Source: an uncultured archaeon (GTDB lineage: Archaea > Aenigmatarchaeota > Aenigmatarchaeia > GW2011-AR5). Taken from it: a DNA stretch of 30,832 bases. Within the stretch, counting starts at the first letter, position 1; each line of letters begins with the position of its first letter. A model generated the notes under the pieces. The model was not told where the DNA came from and made no database searches. It saw nothing but the letters and a program-made list of their open reading frames with translations. A program made the translations under genes and the position numbers. Shown here piece after piece: positions 8,750-18,441 of the stretch. The stretch spans positions 1-30,832 of the forward strand of contig CAYMYT010000002.1 of NCBI GenBank assembly GCA_964394755.1. The letters run 5' to 3'.

Positions 8750-8833
8750 CCAGAATAGATATAGTCGTCCAATCGCTGGACTCTACTAGCAAACCATCGT
8801 TATGTTTATTTACTGGTTTTGCTATAATTATAC

Positions 8834-9391
8834 ATGCGTATTGTTATCTATTACGAAAAGGAATACAAAAATTTTGCACACAATGCAAGGAATTATGCGG
8901 CTAAGATATGTGGTAAACTTCCATTTGATTACATAGAAATAAGGATCTGTGAAAAAGATTCTTTTTTCATAAATGAGAGAAATCTTTTTCTTTCACTAAA
9001 ACCTGATACTGAGTTCACAAATTTCACGAGTAAAACGTTGCTTATGCTGTACAGGGCTCGCACATCAGCTTTATTCGGTGACTTACCAGAACCATTACTA
9101 GAAATGATTTCAAGACGTGATATGGCAGCTAGTTTCCCTGAAAATTTGATAAATATGTGTTACAGTGAACTTATTTCCTCGAATGTTAATACTACCAGAG
9201 ATTTTCTTCGTGCAAATTTACCTTGGCTGGCCTTTCATGGAATTGATAATTGGAATAGAGAGTTTCTACGCAAAATGGTAAAGGGACGATTTCCAATTAC
9301 AAGAAAGCTAATACTTGCCATGAAGAAAGATATGTATAACGAAAAGAATCTCGATAAGGCTGCAAAATTATGTGAAGAAATATGCAGGTAA
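8834..9391 (+). CDS. Hypothetical protein
   Basis: 185-aa ORF overlapping the start of the next gene; no family recognised. Confidence 0.7.
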   Translation: MRIVIYYEKEYKNFAHNARNYAAKICGKLPFDYIEIRICEKDSFFINERNLFLSLKPDTEFTNFTSKTLLMLYRARTSALFGDLPEPLLEMISRRDMAASFPENLINMCYSELISSNVNTTRDFLRANLPWLAFHGIDNWNREFLRKMVKGRFPITRKLILAMKKDMYNEKNLDKAAKLCEEICR

Positions 9392-10185
9392 CAAAATTTT
9401 CATGGAACCGCTTCATACCTGCACTTGTGGTAAGGGATGGTAATAAATTACAAAGGATAGAACTTTTTGATAAAGACCTGTCGATATCTTTAGGTGGAAA
9501 ACACTGTATAGGATTTGATAAAAAACCTTGCCCAATTTATTCGGAAATTAGCAATGGATATCAGTGTAATAGGTGTAGATACGCTGATAAATTTGCATTA
9601 TGTATGCCATGTAATGGAACATCCTGCATAAATACTAAGAGAAGGGGCGATTGTGAGACTGAAGATTACTTTATCTACCTTGCTGCTTTTGGACCTATCC
9701 TCAAAGTTGGAATTTCTTATAAACATCGATTCCGTGAACGTCTTGTAGAGCAAGGTAGCGACATCGGCGTACTGATCGCATCCATTCGTGATGGTATGCT
9801 TGTGCGTAAGATCGAACAAGATGTAGCAAAAAATCTTAATATCACTGACCGACTAAGAGGCGAACAAAAACATAAAGTGATGTTTGGTAGTGCAAATGAT
9901 TCATCAATAGTGATAAAAAAGGCACTAAATTCACTGAATGGTACTATGAACATGCATCCAATAATATACGATATGAGAAGTTACTACAGACTGGATCGTA
10001 TACATAGCACACCACATTTGCTTAATCTTAAAGAAGGCTCTAAAATAAATGGAAGAGTACTTGCAATAAAGGGTAATCTGATTGTACTTAGCACAGGAGA
10101 ATGTTTCAACGCACATAGTATTATCGGAAGGGATATTGATTTTACAGATAAAATAGATTTGAAACCAACACTATGGAACAGCTAG
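9382..10185 (+). CDS. DUF2797-like protein (Cys-rich N-terminus, GIY-YIG-like YLA..KVG motif)
   Basis: CIG..CP..QC..C..C..C cluster, FIYLAAFG..LKVGIS, RLVEQG, IEQDVA, GRVLAIKG. Confidence 0.75.
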   Translation: MQVTKFSWNRFIPALVVRDGNKLQRIELFDKDLSISLGGKHCIGFDKKPCPIYSEISNGYQCNRCRYADKFALCMPCNGTSCINTKRRGDCETEDYFIYLAAFGPILKVGISYKHRFRERLVEQGSDIGVLIASIRDGMLVRKIEQDVAKNLNITDRLRGEQKHKVMFGSANDSSIVIKKALNSLNGTMNMHPIIYDMRSYYRLDRIHSTPHLLNLKEGSKINGRVLAIKGNLIVLSTGECFNAHSIIGRDIDFTDKIDLKPTLWNS

Positions 10186-11210
10186 ATTTTTTTGCATTCT
10201 ATCTTATTATTCTTTTCATCTATATGGAATTTCACTGGCATGAAACGTTCTGTAACCCAGATATTTGTTCTACAATGATCTGTTATATTTGAAGCCTTGA
10301 TCTTACCCTTGCCTACCAAAGCCATATATGGTATCAACTGATCAGCAGCATATTCATCTATAGGTGCATTGCTCTTTATTTGCTCAATAAGTTTTTGTCC
10401 AGCGTCTTTACCAACATCTTCAGCACGTCTACCACGTTCACCTAAGCTCCCAGATCCTAGAACAGACGTTGATGTTTCCGCCCATAAATCAATGCCTGAT
10501 CCAGGGCATTGCGTTTTGACATACTTTTCTGCGATGTCTTTCTTTATATCTATAGATTCTAATTCTTTGATGGCAGACATCGACTGTCTTTTTACAACAT
10601 TTGCCTTTTCTAGATCCTGTGACGCATGTGAAATACCTTTTATTTCAATAATATCGCCTTGTTCCAAAATTTCGAATGGCTCTAGGTTTGATTTTTGAGA
10701 TTCGAATCTTACCATAGCTCCCCCAACCGGGTAATAACCATATCTTTCCATGTCAATGGTTGCTTTGTAATTGGCATTTTTCAGTATACCTAGAAGAACG
10801 TATTTTAGATAATTGATAGGTACAGCCCATTTGCCATTTGTTGCACCTCCATGAACATGCACCTCTATTTTATGTAAAGAGGCAGCTATCATTATAGGTT
10901 GTAAAACAAGGCCTATGCTCCCAGCTGTTGGTATATTTATTTTTATAACACTTTTTTTTATTTCTTCTGGATAGAATTCCATTTCTGTACTTCTTAATGC
11001 TACACCTTTTGTCTGCGCATTACAAAGTTTTGCAATAGCATTTATAGATTCAATATGTTGTATTTGTAGTCCAGGATTTACACGCTTCGCTCTGATATTA
11101 AAAATTCTACATGGTTGTTTCGTCATGGCAGATAGAGCTATTGATGTGCGTAATATTTGACCACCTGATTCAATATAAGATCCGTCTATCGATATCACAC
11201 TAGACACCAA
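10182..11210 (-). CDS. rtcA: RNA 3'-terminal phosphate cyclase
   Basis: IDGS..ESGGQILRT, NIRAKR..PGL..QH, TAGSIGLVLQ, GYYPVGG, ADQLIPY, catalytic His in TDHCRTN. Confidence 0.95.
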   Translation of the reverse strand: MVSSVISIDGSYIESGGQILRTSIALSAMTKQPCRIFNIRAKRVNPGLQIQHIESINAIAKLCNAQTKGVALRSTEMEFYPEEIKKSVIKINIPTAGSIGLVLQPIMIAASLHKIEVHVHGGATNGKWAVPINYLKYVLLGILKNANYKATIDMERYGYYPVGGAMVRFESQKSNLEPFEILEQGDIIEIKGISHASQDLEKANVVKRQSMSAIKELESIDIKKDIAEKYVKTQCPGSGIDLWAETSTSVLGSGSLGERGRRAEDVGKDAGQKLIEQIKSNAPIDEYAADQLIPYMALVGKGKIKASNITDHCRTNIWVTERFMPVKFHIDEKNNKIECKKI

Positions 11211-12432
11211 TTACTTCACCATTTGCAGGACCGAATGCCTGTATATTATACCTTTCTGCTATATCCTTTGCGAATTTTTCACAGCTATCACCATGCACAC
11301 ATATAACCATTTCAGGTTTTGTATGCTCGATTATTTTGAAAAGCCCTGCTCTGTCTGCATGCGCGCTTAAATTAAATTGCTCTAGTTCACAGTGAACATG
11401 AAAACGTTCCTCTGCTGTCTGGAATATCTTTGTCTGAATGAGGTTTCTTCCAGGTGATTCCTCAACAAGAAATCCTGTAAAAAGTACTTTTGATTGTTTT
11501 CTTTTCTGCATTGCCCTTAGATAATGAATAGCAGGACCACCACCAAGCATACCAGCAGAAGATATAATAACCGGATACTTCTCTAATGCTGTAATGCGTT
11601 CTTTGTTTGTATGTATGAATTTAGTTTTTTTCAAAACATTATGCAGTCTTTTTGGTTCCTTTAGATATGCTCCATGGCGCGCGATTATTTCGCTTGCGCT
11701 TCTTGCCATACCATCAATTGCAATTTTATCTGCAAATTTCTCTAAAATAAGAAGTACCTCCTGAGCGCGACCAATTGCAAAAACCGGTATGAGTACAACT
11801 TCCGACCTTGACAGAGCTTCTTCAACGTGCTCAACAAAACGCTGTTCTTCCTTCTGTCTGTTTGGATGATTTTTTAGGCCATATGTACTTTCTGTTATGA
11901 GAACATCAACCTTGTTTGGCAGTTGTGCAGGTTTCAGAAGATTGCTTTCGTATGTTTGTATATCACCAGTATAAAATATTTTCTTGCCGTTATCCAGCAA
12001 TATAGATGAAGAACCTGGTATATGACCTGAATCATAAAGTTGGCACTTGAACTCGTTTATGTTAAACAATTTTCTATATGGTACTGATACTGTCCTTTTC
12101 ACCATAGTCTCTATATCATGCTCACTGAACGGTGTTGGATTTCCTATTTTTTTCCCAACCTTAAACGAATCTCTCAAAAGTAACTCTGATCCTGCAAGTG
12201 TAACATCAGTCATATACATCGCAGGTTTTCCTGATTTGAATAGATTAGGTGCAGAACCTACATGGTCAAGGTGGCTATGAGATATTACACAGGCATCAGC
12301 ACCCTGATGCAGGTACTGTGGAGGCTCTGGCTGTATCTTTACCCCATAATCAAGAACAACACTGGTTCTACCCTTTACAAGAATACCGCTTCTTCCAACT
12401 TCTCTGCCGCTGCCTAGTATTTCAATTTTCAT
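11200..12432 (-). CDS. Metallo-beta-lactamase/beta-CASP ribonuclease (KH-less archaeal CPSF-like)
   Basis: GSGREVGRS, SHSHLDH, GHIPGS, YTGD, ESTYG, FAIGRAQE, SAHAD, VHG. Confidence 0.93.
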   Translation of the reverse strand: MKIEILGSGREVGRSGILVKGRTSVVLDYGVKIQPEPPQYLHQGADACVISHSHLDHVGSAPNLFKSGKPAMYMTDVTLAGSELLLRDSFKVGKKIGNPTPFSEHDIETMVKRTVSVPYRKLFNINEFKCQLYDSGHIPGSSSILLDNGKKIFYTGDIQTYESNLLKPAQLPNKVDVLITESTYGLKNHPNRQKEEQRFVEHVEEALSRSEVVLIPVFAIGRAQEVLLILEKFADKIAIDGMARSASEIIARHGAYLKEPKRLHNVLKKTKFIHTNKERITALEKYPVIISSAGMLGGGPAIHYLRAMQKRKQSKVLFTGFLVEESPGRNLIQTKIFQTAEERFHVHCELEQFNLSAHADRAGLFKIIEHTKPEMVICVHGDSCEKFAKDIAERYNIQAFGPANGEVIGV

Positions 12433-12460
12433 ACGTTTAGTTTAATCAGTAGTAAGAACA

Positions 12461-12468
12461 TATAAATA
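12461..12468 (+). promoter_or_regulatory. TATA box (TATAAATA) of the divergent beta-CASP/tyrS promoter region
   Basis: 22 nt upstream of the tyrS ATG, consistent with a leaderless transcript. Confidence 0.5.
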
Positions 12469-12490
12469 ACATCTCATTGCAAATACTATC

Positions 12491-13573
12491 ATGGATATTG
12501 AAACTAGAATAGAATTAATAAAAAGGGCCCCAGCAGAAGAAATAATTTCTGAAGAAGAATTAAGACACTTGTTAGAAACAAAGACTCATCCTGTAGCATA
12601 CAATGGATGGGAACCAAGCGGTCTCGTTCATTTGGGTACAGGACTTATCTGCGCGTACAAGATGAAAGATCTAATAGAGGCAGGTATACATTTCAAAGCA
12701 TACCTAGCAACATGGCATGCATGGATAAATAATAAGCTTGGTGGTGACATAAATTTGATAAAGGTAGCAGCCGAGCATTTCAAACACAGTTGGGCAAGCC
12801 TGGGTGTTCCTATAAAAAGCATAGAATTCATATACGCTGATGACGTTTACAATAACGGCGAATATTGGAAAAAAACTGTAAGTGTGGCAAAAAAATTGAC
12901 AATATCAAGAACAGCAAGAACACTGGAAATAGCTGGAAGAAAAGATATAGACGCTAGATACGTCTCTGACCTAATGTATACGCCTATGCAGGTTGCAGAC
13001 ATCTTTGAATTTGGTATAGACATATGCGCACTTGGAACTGATCAGCGTAAGGCAAACATAGTAGCACGAGAAGTTGGACCAGGACTTGGTTACTGGAAGC
13101 CTGTGTGTCTTCACCATCATCTTCTTCAGGGACTTCAAAAACCTCCTATATGGCCAATACCAAAAGAAAGTGAAAGTGATGTACTATCATCAATTAAAAT
13201 GTCAAAATCAAAGCCTGAAACTTGTATTTTTATCTACGACAGTCCAGAAGATATAAAAAATAAAATGAACATTGCATTTTGCCCAGAAACCCTGGAAAAT
13301 AATCCGATTATAGATATATGCAAGCACATAGTATTCAGAGAAGGTACACTAAATATAGAACGTCAAGAGAAATATGGTGGTGATATCGAAATCCATAATT
13401 TTGAAGAGCTTACTCAAATGTATAAGCATTCTAAACTTCATCCACAAGATCTGAAAAATGGTGTTGCTTCTGCACTGATAGATATACTCGAACCAACTAG
13501 AATATATTTCAAAAAAAAGAAAAAAGCAGGTGAAACACTAGATATAATAAAAAATGCAGTGATTACAAGATGA
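12491..13573 (+). CDS. tyrS: Tyrosyl-tRNA synthetase (archaeal type)
   Basis: AYNGWEPSG, HLGT (HIGH), YTPMQVADI, GTDQRK, KMSKS, LHPQDLK. Confidence 0.96.
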   Translation: MDIETRIELIKRAPAEEIISEEELRHLLETKTHPVAYNGWEPSGLVHLGTGLICAYKMKDLIEAGIHFKAYLATWHAWINNKLGGDINLIKVAAEHFKHSWASLGVPIKSIEFIYADDVYNNGEYWKKTVSVAKKLTISRTARTLEIAGRKDIDARYVSDLMYTPMQVADIFEFGIDICALGTDQRKANIVAREVGPGLGYWKPVCLHHHLLQGLQKPPIWPIPKESESDVLSSIKMSKSKPETCIFIYDSPEDIKNKMNIAFCPETLENNPIIDICKHIVFREGTLNIERQEKYGGDIEIHNFEELTQMYKHSKLHPQDLKNGVASALIDILEPTRIYFKKKKKAGETLDIIKNAVITR

Positions 13574-13622
13574 ATATCATGTTCCAAGATAATATTATAT
13601 CTTTGATGGTAAATGAATACAC

Positions 13623-14879
13623 ATGATTGACATAAAACTAATAAGAGACCAACCGGAAAAAATAGAGGACAACATCAAAAAAAGAAATCCAGAATATTCA
13701 CAGATGCTAAAAGATCTTATAAAAATCGACGAGAGAAGGTTGAAGATACTTAAGCAGGTTGAAGAATTGCGTTACGAACGTAATATTCTTACAAAAGAAA
13801 TTTCTGATCTCAAATTAAAAAATAAACCTGTTGCACGAAAGCTCGAGCATGTAAAAGAATTACCTCTGAAAATAAAGGGGCTCGAGAGTGAGCTTGATGC
13901 ACTAAGTTTAACACATAAAGAAATATTGCTAAGATTGCCCAACATTCTACAAGAAGATGTGCCTATAGGTACCAGTGATGACGATAATAAAGAAGTTCGT
14001 AAGTTTGGTAAAATAAACCGTAACTTCACACCAAAAGATCATATAGATATCGGAACTAATTTAGGTCTAATCGATATCGAAAGAGCTGCAAAAATTGCAG
14101 GTTCAAGATTTTTTTTCCTTAATGGAGATCTGGCAATGCTTGAAGTCGCATTGATGAAAGCAGCTATAGATTTCATAACAAAAAAAGGGTTTATCTTAAC
14201 AATTCCTCCTTTTATGATGCGTAGGGCCTCTTATGAGGGTGTTATCGCAATGCAAGACTTCGAAGATGTGCTCTACAAAATTGATGGTGAAGATCTTTAC
14301 ATGATTGCAACATCAGAACACCCTATAGTTGCACAGCATTCAGGTGAAACTATATCTAATACCATGAAATATGCAGGCCTAAGTACAAATTTTCGTAAAG
14401 AAGCTGGTAGCCATGGAAAAGATACAAAAGGTATTTTTCGAGTTCACCAATTTAGCAAGATTGAACAGATTGCACTATGCCATGCTGATCAAAGCAATAT
14501 ATTGCACAACGAACTTCTCAAAAATGCAGAAGAATTTTTAGAGAAATTAGGCATACCATTCCGCGTCGTAGAACTATGCTCCTCTGAAGTAGGGAGAACT
14601 GCTTCAAAACAATATGATATTGAAGCATGGTTTCCATCCCAGCAACGTTACAGAGAAGTTGTAAGCTGCTCAAATTGTACAGATTATCAAGCTAGACGCT
14701 TAAATATAAAATACAATGAAAATGCAGATAAAAATGCTTTCGCACATACAGTTAATTCAACGCTTGTCACTGACAGGACTCTTGTTGCAATAATAGAAAA
14801 CTTTCAGCAAGAAGACGGGACTATACTAATACCCGATATATTACAAAGCTATATGAACGGTCTAAAAAAAATAGGTTGA
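13623..14879 (+). CDS. serS: Seryl-tRNA synthetase
   Basis: MIDIKLIR coiled-coil arm, IATSEH, FRKEAG..GIFRVHQF, YDIEAW, EVVSCSNCTDYQARR. Confidence 0.97.
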   Translation: MIDIKLIRDQPEKIEDNIKKRNPEYSQMLKDLIKIDERRLKILKQVEELRYERNILTKEISDLKLKNKPVARKLEHVKELPLKIKGLESELDALSLTHKEILLRLPNILQEDVPIGTSDDDNKEVRKFGKINRNFTPKDHIDIGTNLGLIDIERAAKIAGSRFFFLNGDLAMLEVALMKAAIDFITKKGFILTIPPFMMRRASYEGVIAMQDFEDVLYKIDGEDLYMIATSEHPIVAQHSGETISNTMKYAGLSTNFRKEAGSHGKDTKGIFRVHQFSKIEQIALCHADQSNILHNELLKNAEEFLEKLGIPFRVVELCSSEVGRTASKQYDIEAWFPSQQRYREVVSCSNCTDYQARRLNIKYNENADKNAFAHTVNSTLVTDRTLVAIIENFQQEDGTILIPDILQSYMNGLKKIG

Positions 14880-14882
14880 GAT

Positions 14883-17027
14883 ATGTACACACTAATAATA
14901 ACAGAAAAACCATCTGCATCTAAAGCAGTTGCACTAGCACTTGCCAGCTCCAAACCAAAGGCGCTAGAACATGGTAGCTTTGCATTCACTCATGACAAAA
15001 AACAATATATAACAGCACCTGCAGTAGGCCACTTATTTACACTGAAGCAATCTGATAAAGGTTGGAACTACCCTTCATTCGACCTCGAGTGGCAGCCTGC
15101 ATTTAAAGTTAACAGGTTCTCGAAATTTTCAGAACCATATTTCAAAAATATCGAAACTCTTGCTAAAGGTGCTAAAAATTTCATCATCGCGACCGACTAC
15201 GATGACGAAGGTGAAGTTATAGGTTTTAACATATTACGTTTTCTCTGCAAAAAGACAGAAGCCAAACGTATGCGATTTTCAACAATGACAAAAGAAGAAT
15301 TGAAACAAAGCTTCAAAGAACTAAAGGATCTTAACAAATTACTAATTGATGGTGGTCTCACTCGCCACTATCTAGATTGGTATTGGGGTATAAATCTGAC
15401 AAGAGCGCTTACTCTTTCTATCAAAAATTCTGGAAAACGTTTCAGAATACTTTCTACTGGAAGAGTTCAAGGACCTACAATACATATGCTTGCAAAACAC
15501 GAAAAGCAGATTAGGTCTTTCAAACCAAAAACGTTTTGGTATATAGAAGCTGACCTAAATATAGGCAAGGGTATAGTTGTAAAGCATTCTAAAGATAAAA
15601 TATGGAATAGTGATGATGCCAATAAAATATATAATAGTTGTAATAAAATGCCAGCTATTGTCAAAAACATCACCAAAAAAGTAATGATGCAAAAACCTCC
15701 AAAACCTTATAACACAACTTCTATGCTCGCTGACATATTCAGATATTTCGGATATTTGCCTCAGCAAGGTTTATCTGTTGCAGAATCACTCTATCAATCT
15801 GGATTGATATCCTATCCAAGAACATCAAGTGAAAAATTGCCGCCTGATATTAATTACAAAAACATAATATCAATGCTGTCAAAACAAAAAAGTTATTCAT
15901 CTGCAGCAAAAATGCTTGACAAGGAATTAAAACCTGAAGAGGGATCAAAAACTGATTCTGCGCACATTGCAATATATCCAACAGGCGAATACAAAAAAAT
16001 GGGTTCAAAACAGGCAAAAGTTTACGATCTTATTGTAAGAAGATTTCTTGCATGTTTTGGTGATCCTGCAAAAAGAGAATCACAAAGAGTAAATCTTATG
16101 ATAGATGGGGAATCATTCTACTTGAACGGTATAAAAACAATAGAACCTGGATGGACAAAAATATATGGAAAGTATGCCAGCCGCGAAGATATAGTGCTTC
16201 CTGATATTAAGCCAGATCAAAAAATTCCTGTACAGAAGCTTAACCTTCTATCGAAGAATACATCGCCACCAGCAAGATTTTCACAAGGTTCTGTCCTTAA
16301 AGAAATGGAAACCCGAGGACTAGCAACAAAAGCAACACGCGCGCAAATATTACAGATACTATATAATAGAGGTTATCTCACAGGGAGAAGTATTAATGTT
16401 ACAGATCTTGGAATAAAAATTTCAGATATTTTAGAGAAGCATGTTCCAGATGTAGTATCTGAAAAGCTTACAAGACACTTCGAAAATCTTATAGAAGAGA
16501 TAGAAGTTGGTAATGGAAATATGGATTCTGTTCTTGAAGAGGCAAAAAAAGAGATAATAAAGATATCTAAGAATTTTAAGAAAAAAGAAATATCACTTGG
16601 AGAAGAATTGACTAAAGCTATCATTGAAACGCAGGATAAGGAGAGCTTACTAGGAAAATGCCCTAATTGCAGTGGGACGCTTAAAGTACACAAGAATTGG
16701 CTTACAAAAAAAAGATTTGTTGGTTGCTCCGGTTATAAAGTATGTAAGACAGGTTTCCCTCTTCCAAGAGAAGGTACAATAATTTCTACTGAGAAAGTTT
16801 GTGAAGAATGTAAGACTCCTATGATAGAGGTAAGGCCAATAGGAAAACGTCCATTTAGAATGTGTCTTGATCCTAATTGTAGTACGAAGTCTGAATGGCT
16901 TGACAAAGCAAAACTTCTCAAGGCACAAAATGAAAGCAAAGCTGCAAGTGCACTTGCACTAACAAAAACAAAAGTAAAGAAATCGAAAAAAGTATCATCT
17001 ACTAAAGATACTGGTTCTTTGCCTTAG
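14883..17027 (+). CDS. topA: Type IA DNA topoisomerase with C-terminal zinc ribbons
   Basis: IITEKPS, GHL, ATDYDDEGE (Toprim), STGRVQ, LISYPRT catalytic Tyr, ATKATR, CPNC/CEEC ribbons. Confidence 0.96.
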   Translation: MYTLIITEKPSASKAVALALASSKPKALEHGSFAFTHDKKQYITAPAVGHLFTLKQSDKGWNYPSFDLEWQPAFKVNRFSKFSEPYFKNIETLAKGAKNFIIATDYDDEGEVIGFNILRFLCKKTEAKRMRFSTMTKEELKQSFKELKDLNKLLIDGGLTRHYLDWYWGINLTRALTLSIKNSGKRFRILSTGRVQGPTIHMLAKHEKQIRSFKPKTFWYIEADLNIGKGIVVKHSKDKIWNSDDANKIYNSCNKMPAIVKNITKKVMMQKPPKPYNTTSMLADIFRYFGYLPQQGLSVAESLYQSGLISYPRTSSEKLPPDINYKNIISMLSKQKSYSSAAKMLDKELKPEEGSKTDSAHIAIYPTGEYKKMGSKQAKVYDLIVRRFLACFGDPAKRESQRVNLMIDGESFYLNGIKTIEPGWTKIYGKYASREDIVLPDIKPDQKIPVQKLNLLSKNTSPPARFSQGSVLKEMETRGLATKATRAQILQILYNRGYLTGRSINVTDLGIKISDILEKHVPDVVSEKLTRHFENLIEEIEVGNGNMDSVLEEAKKEIIKISKNFKKKEISLGEELTKAIIETQDKESLLGKCPNCSGTLKVHKNWLTKKRFVGCSGYKVCKTGFPLPREGTIISTEKVCEECKTPMIEVRPIGKRPFRMCLDPNCSTKSEWLDKAKLLKAQNESKAASALALTKTKVKKSKKVSSTKDTGSLP

Positions 17028-17675
17028 TCCATTCTGTGTAATCTCAAAGTCTACTTTTTTCCCTTCAGGAACTGAACGGTGCTTCCTGATTATAGCCATC
17101 CTTCTATTGTATCCTGATATTTTGAGCTCCACAATAATTTTAGACCAGTATTTTGCAATCATCCTGGACGACATCTCTGGCTCGTCCACACTACCATAAA
17201 CCTGATTAGTTAAAAGCGATGGAATATTGTACATGCGTGCTATCTTTGACAATATGGAATATTGAGTTGCAAGCTGCCTATTAACCATTTTGTAATTATT
17301 TTCAGAGAGCTCAAGTCTATACAGTGCAGATATAGAATCAACAACTATGAGACCAAATTTAGACCGTCCAACATCAATAATATTTTCAAGTTTTAGCATA
17401 CTCTTATGTTGTTCCTTCCATGAGTGTACTTTTACCAAGTTAATTTTCTTCAGTATTTGATCATTAGCACTTATTTGTTTCAATCGCTCAAATGATATGC
17501 CCTCTGTATCTACGAACAAGACTTTACCTGGACACTGAACTAATGCACATAAAGCAACATTGCTTTTACCAGAACCAGCAGGACCATACACACTTGTTAT
17601 AGTATCTTTATCTATACCACCATTCAACAATTTGTCTAAAGGTGTATTTGTCTGTAATTTATTCATTATAGTCAT
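16995..17675 (-). CDS. radB: DNA repair and recombination protein RadB
   Basis: LDKLLNGG, YGPAGSGKS Walker A, VDTEG, VVDS Walker B, TNQV, C-terminal KHR patch; no N-terminal HhH domain. ATG at 17675 overlaps the upstream TAA. Confidence 0.92.
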   Translation of the reverse strand: MTIMNKLQTNTPLDKLLNGGIDKDTITSVYGPAGSGKSNVALCALVQCPGKVLFVDTEGISFERLKQISANDQILKKINLVKVHSWKEQHKSMLKLENIIDVGRSKFGLIVVDSISALYRLELSENNYKMVNRQLATQYSILSKIARMYNIPSLLTNQVYGSVDEPEMSSRMIAKYWSKIIVELKISGYNRRMAIIRKHRSVPEGKKVDFEITQNGLRQRTSIFSR

Positions 17676-18169
17676 TATATTAAGATACATTTTCTTGTTA
17701 TTGCCTTATTTAATAGTTGTGGCCAACTTTTGATAACATCATCAATACTATCGTATTCACAATAAACTACATCGTCACTTTCTATCAAACCATTAACTAT
17801 TTTTCCTGTTCGTCTTTTGAACTGCTTTCCCTTAATCAGAATAATAGGTGTATAAGACATACCCATTAAAGGCTTATCAAGTGCTCTCTGAATGATCATT
17901 GAACGTCCTTCGCTTGGTGAAGACATTTCAGCTAACAGTACGTCAGAATCGTCAATCCATTTCATGTAAAGTGCTCTTTGCTCCGTATATGTTGGATCTC
18001 TTTTTATTCCAAGTTCTTTCTGCAAGTAAGAATTTCTATCATCAGAATAAACATACTCTGCCCTATACACCTTATGCTTTTCATTCTGCAGGAATTTCAT
18101 CATTTTCTCTAGATTTTCACGCGACTCTCCGCCATGAACCTCTGGATCTACACTAAAGTAAATTTTCAT
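17675..18169 (-). CDS. Nucleoside 2-deoxyribosyltransferase / DNPH1-like fold protein, divergent
   Basis: MKIYFS, WIDDSDVLLAEMSSPSEG..RAL pattern, C-terminal EY. Confidence 0.7.
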   Translation of the reverse strand: MKIYFSVDPEVHGGESRENLEKMMKFLQNEKHKVYRAEYVYSDDRNSYLQKELGIKRDPTYTEQRALYMKWIDDSDVLLAEMSSPSEGRSMIIQRALDKPLMGMSYTPIILIKGKQFKRRTGKIVNGLIESDDVVYCEYDSIDDVIKSWPQLLNKAITRKCILI

Positions 18170-18190
18170 ATTTCGGCTTATCTAAAAACC

Positions 18191-18197
18191 TTATAAA
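18191..18197 (-). promoter_or_regulatory. TATA box (TTTATAA) for the Ndt-like/radB unit
   Basis: About 21 nt upstream of the ATG at 18169 on the minus strand. Confidence 0.5.
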
Positions 18198-18218
18198 TCT
18201 ATATCCTGGACATACATG

Positions 18219-18263
18219 GCGTGTTCAAAGATATCAAAGGGATTTGCTTCGAAAGAATTAGTA
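18219..18263 (+). repeat. 45-bp direct repeat, left copy
   Basis: GCGTGTTCAAAGATATCAAAGGGATTTGCTTCGAAAGAATTAGTA, identical to 19985-20029; extends to 52 bp with one mismatch. Confidence 0.97.
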
Positions 18264-18441
18264 GTAATTTTATTCCTTAAATTATTACTTTAGATTCATC
18301 TTCGTACACTCGGAATCGGAAGAGACATATTAGACAGATAGCATCTGGTTATATAATGTTTAGGTAATTATGTTAGAGTCGTAAAACCTATAGATTTAAA
18401 TATGTTTAGATTTTCTTAGTATGAATTAAGTTGTGAGTTTT

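Noticed and set aside
16995..17027. 33-bp convergent overlap of the topA and radB 3' ends
   Set aside because: It involves a low-complexity Lys-rich tail; such overlaps are ordinary in compact genomes.
18219..18263. 45-bp repeat as a CRISPR repeat or tRNA-derived att site
   Set aside because: Only two copies 1.77 kb apart with genes between them; GTTCAAA lacks a pairing T-stem and no cloverleaf or CCA end is visible.
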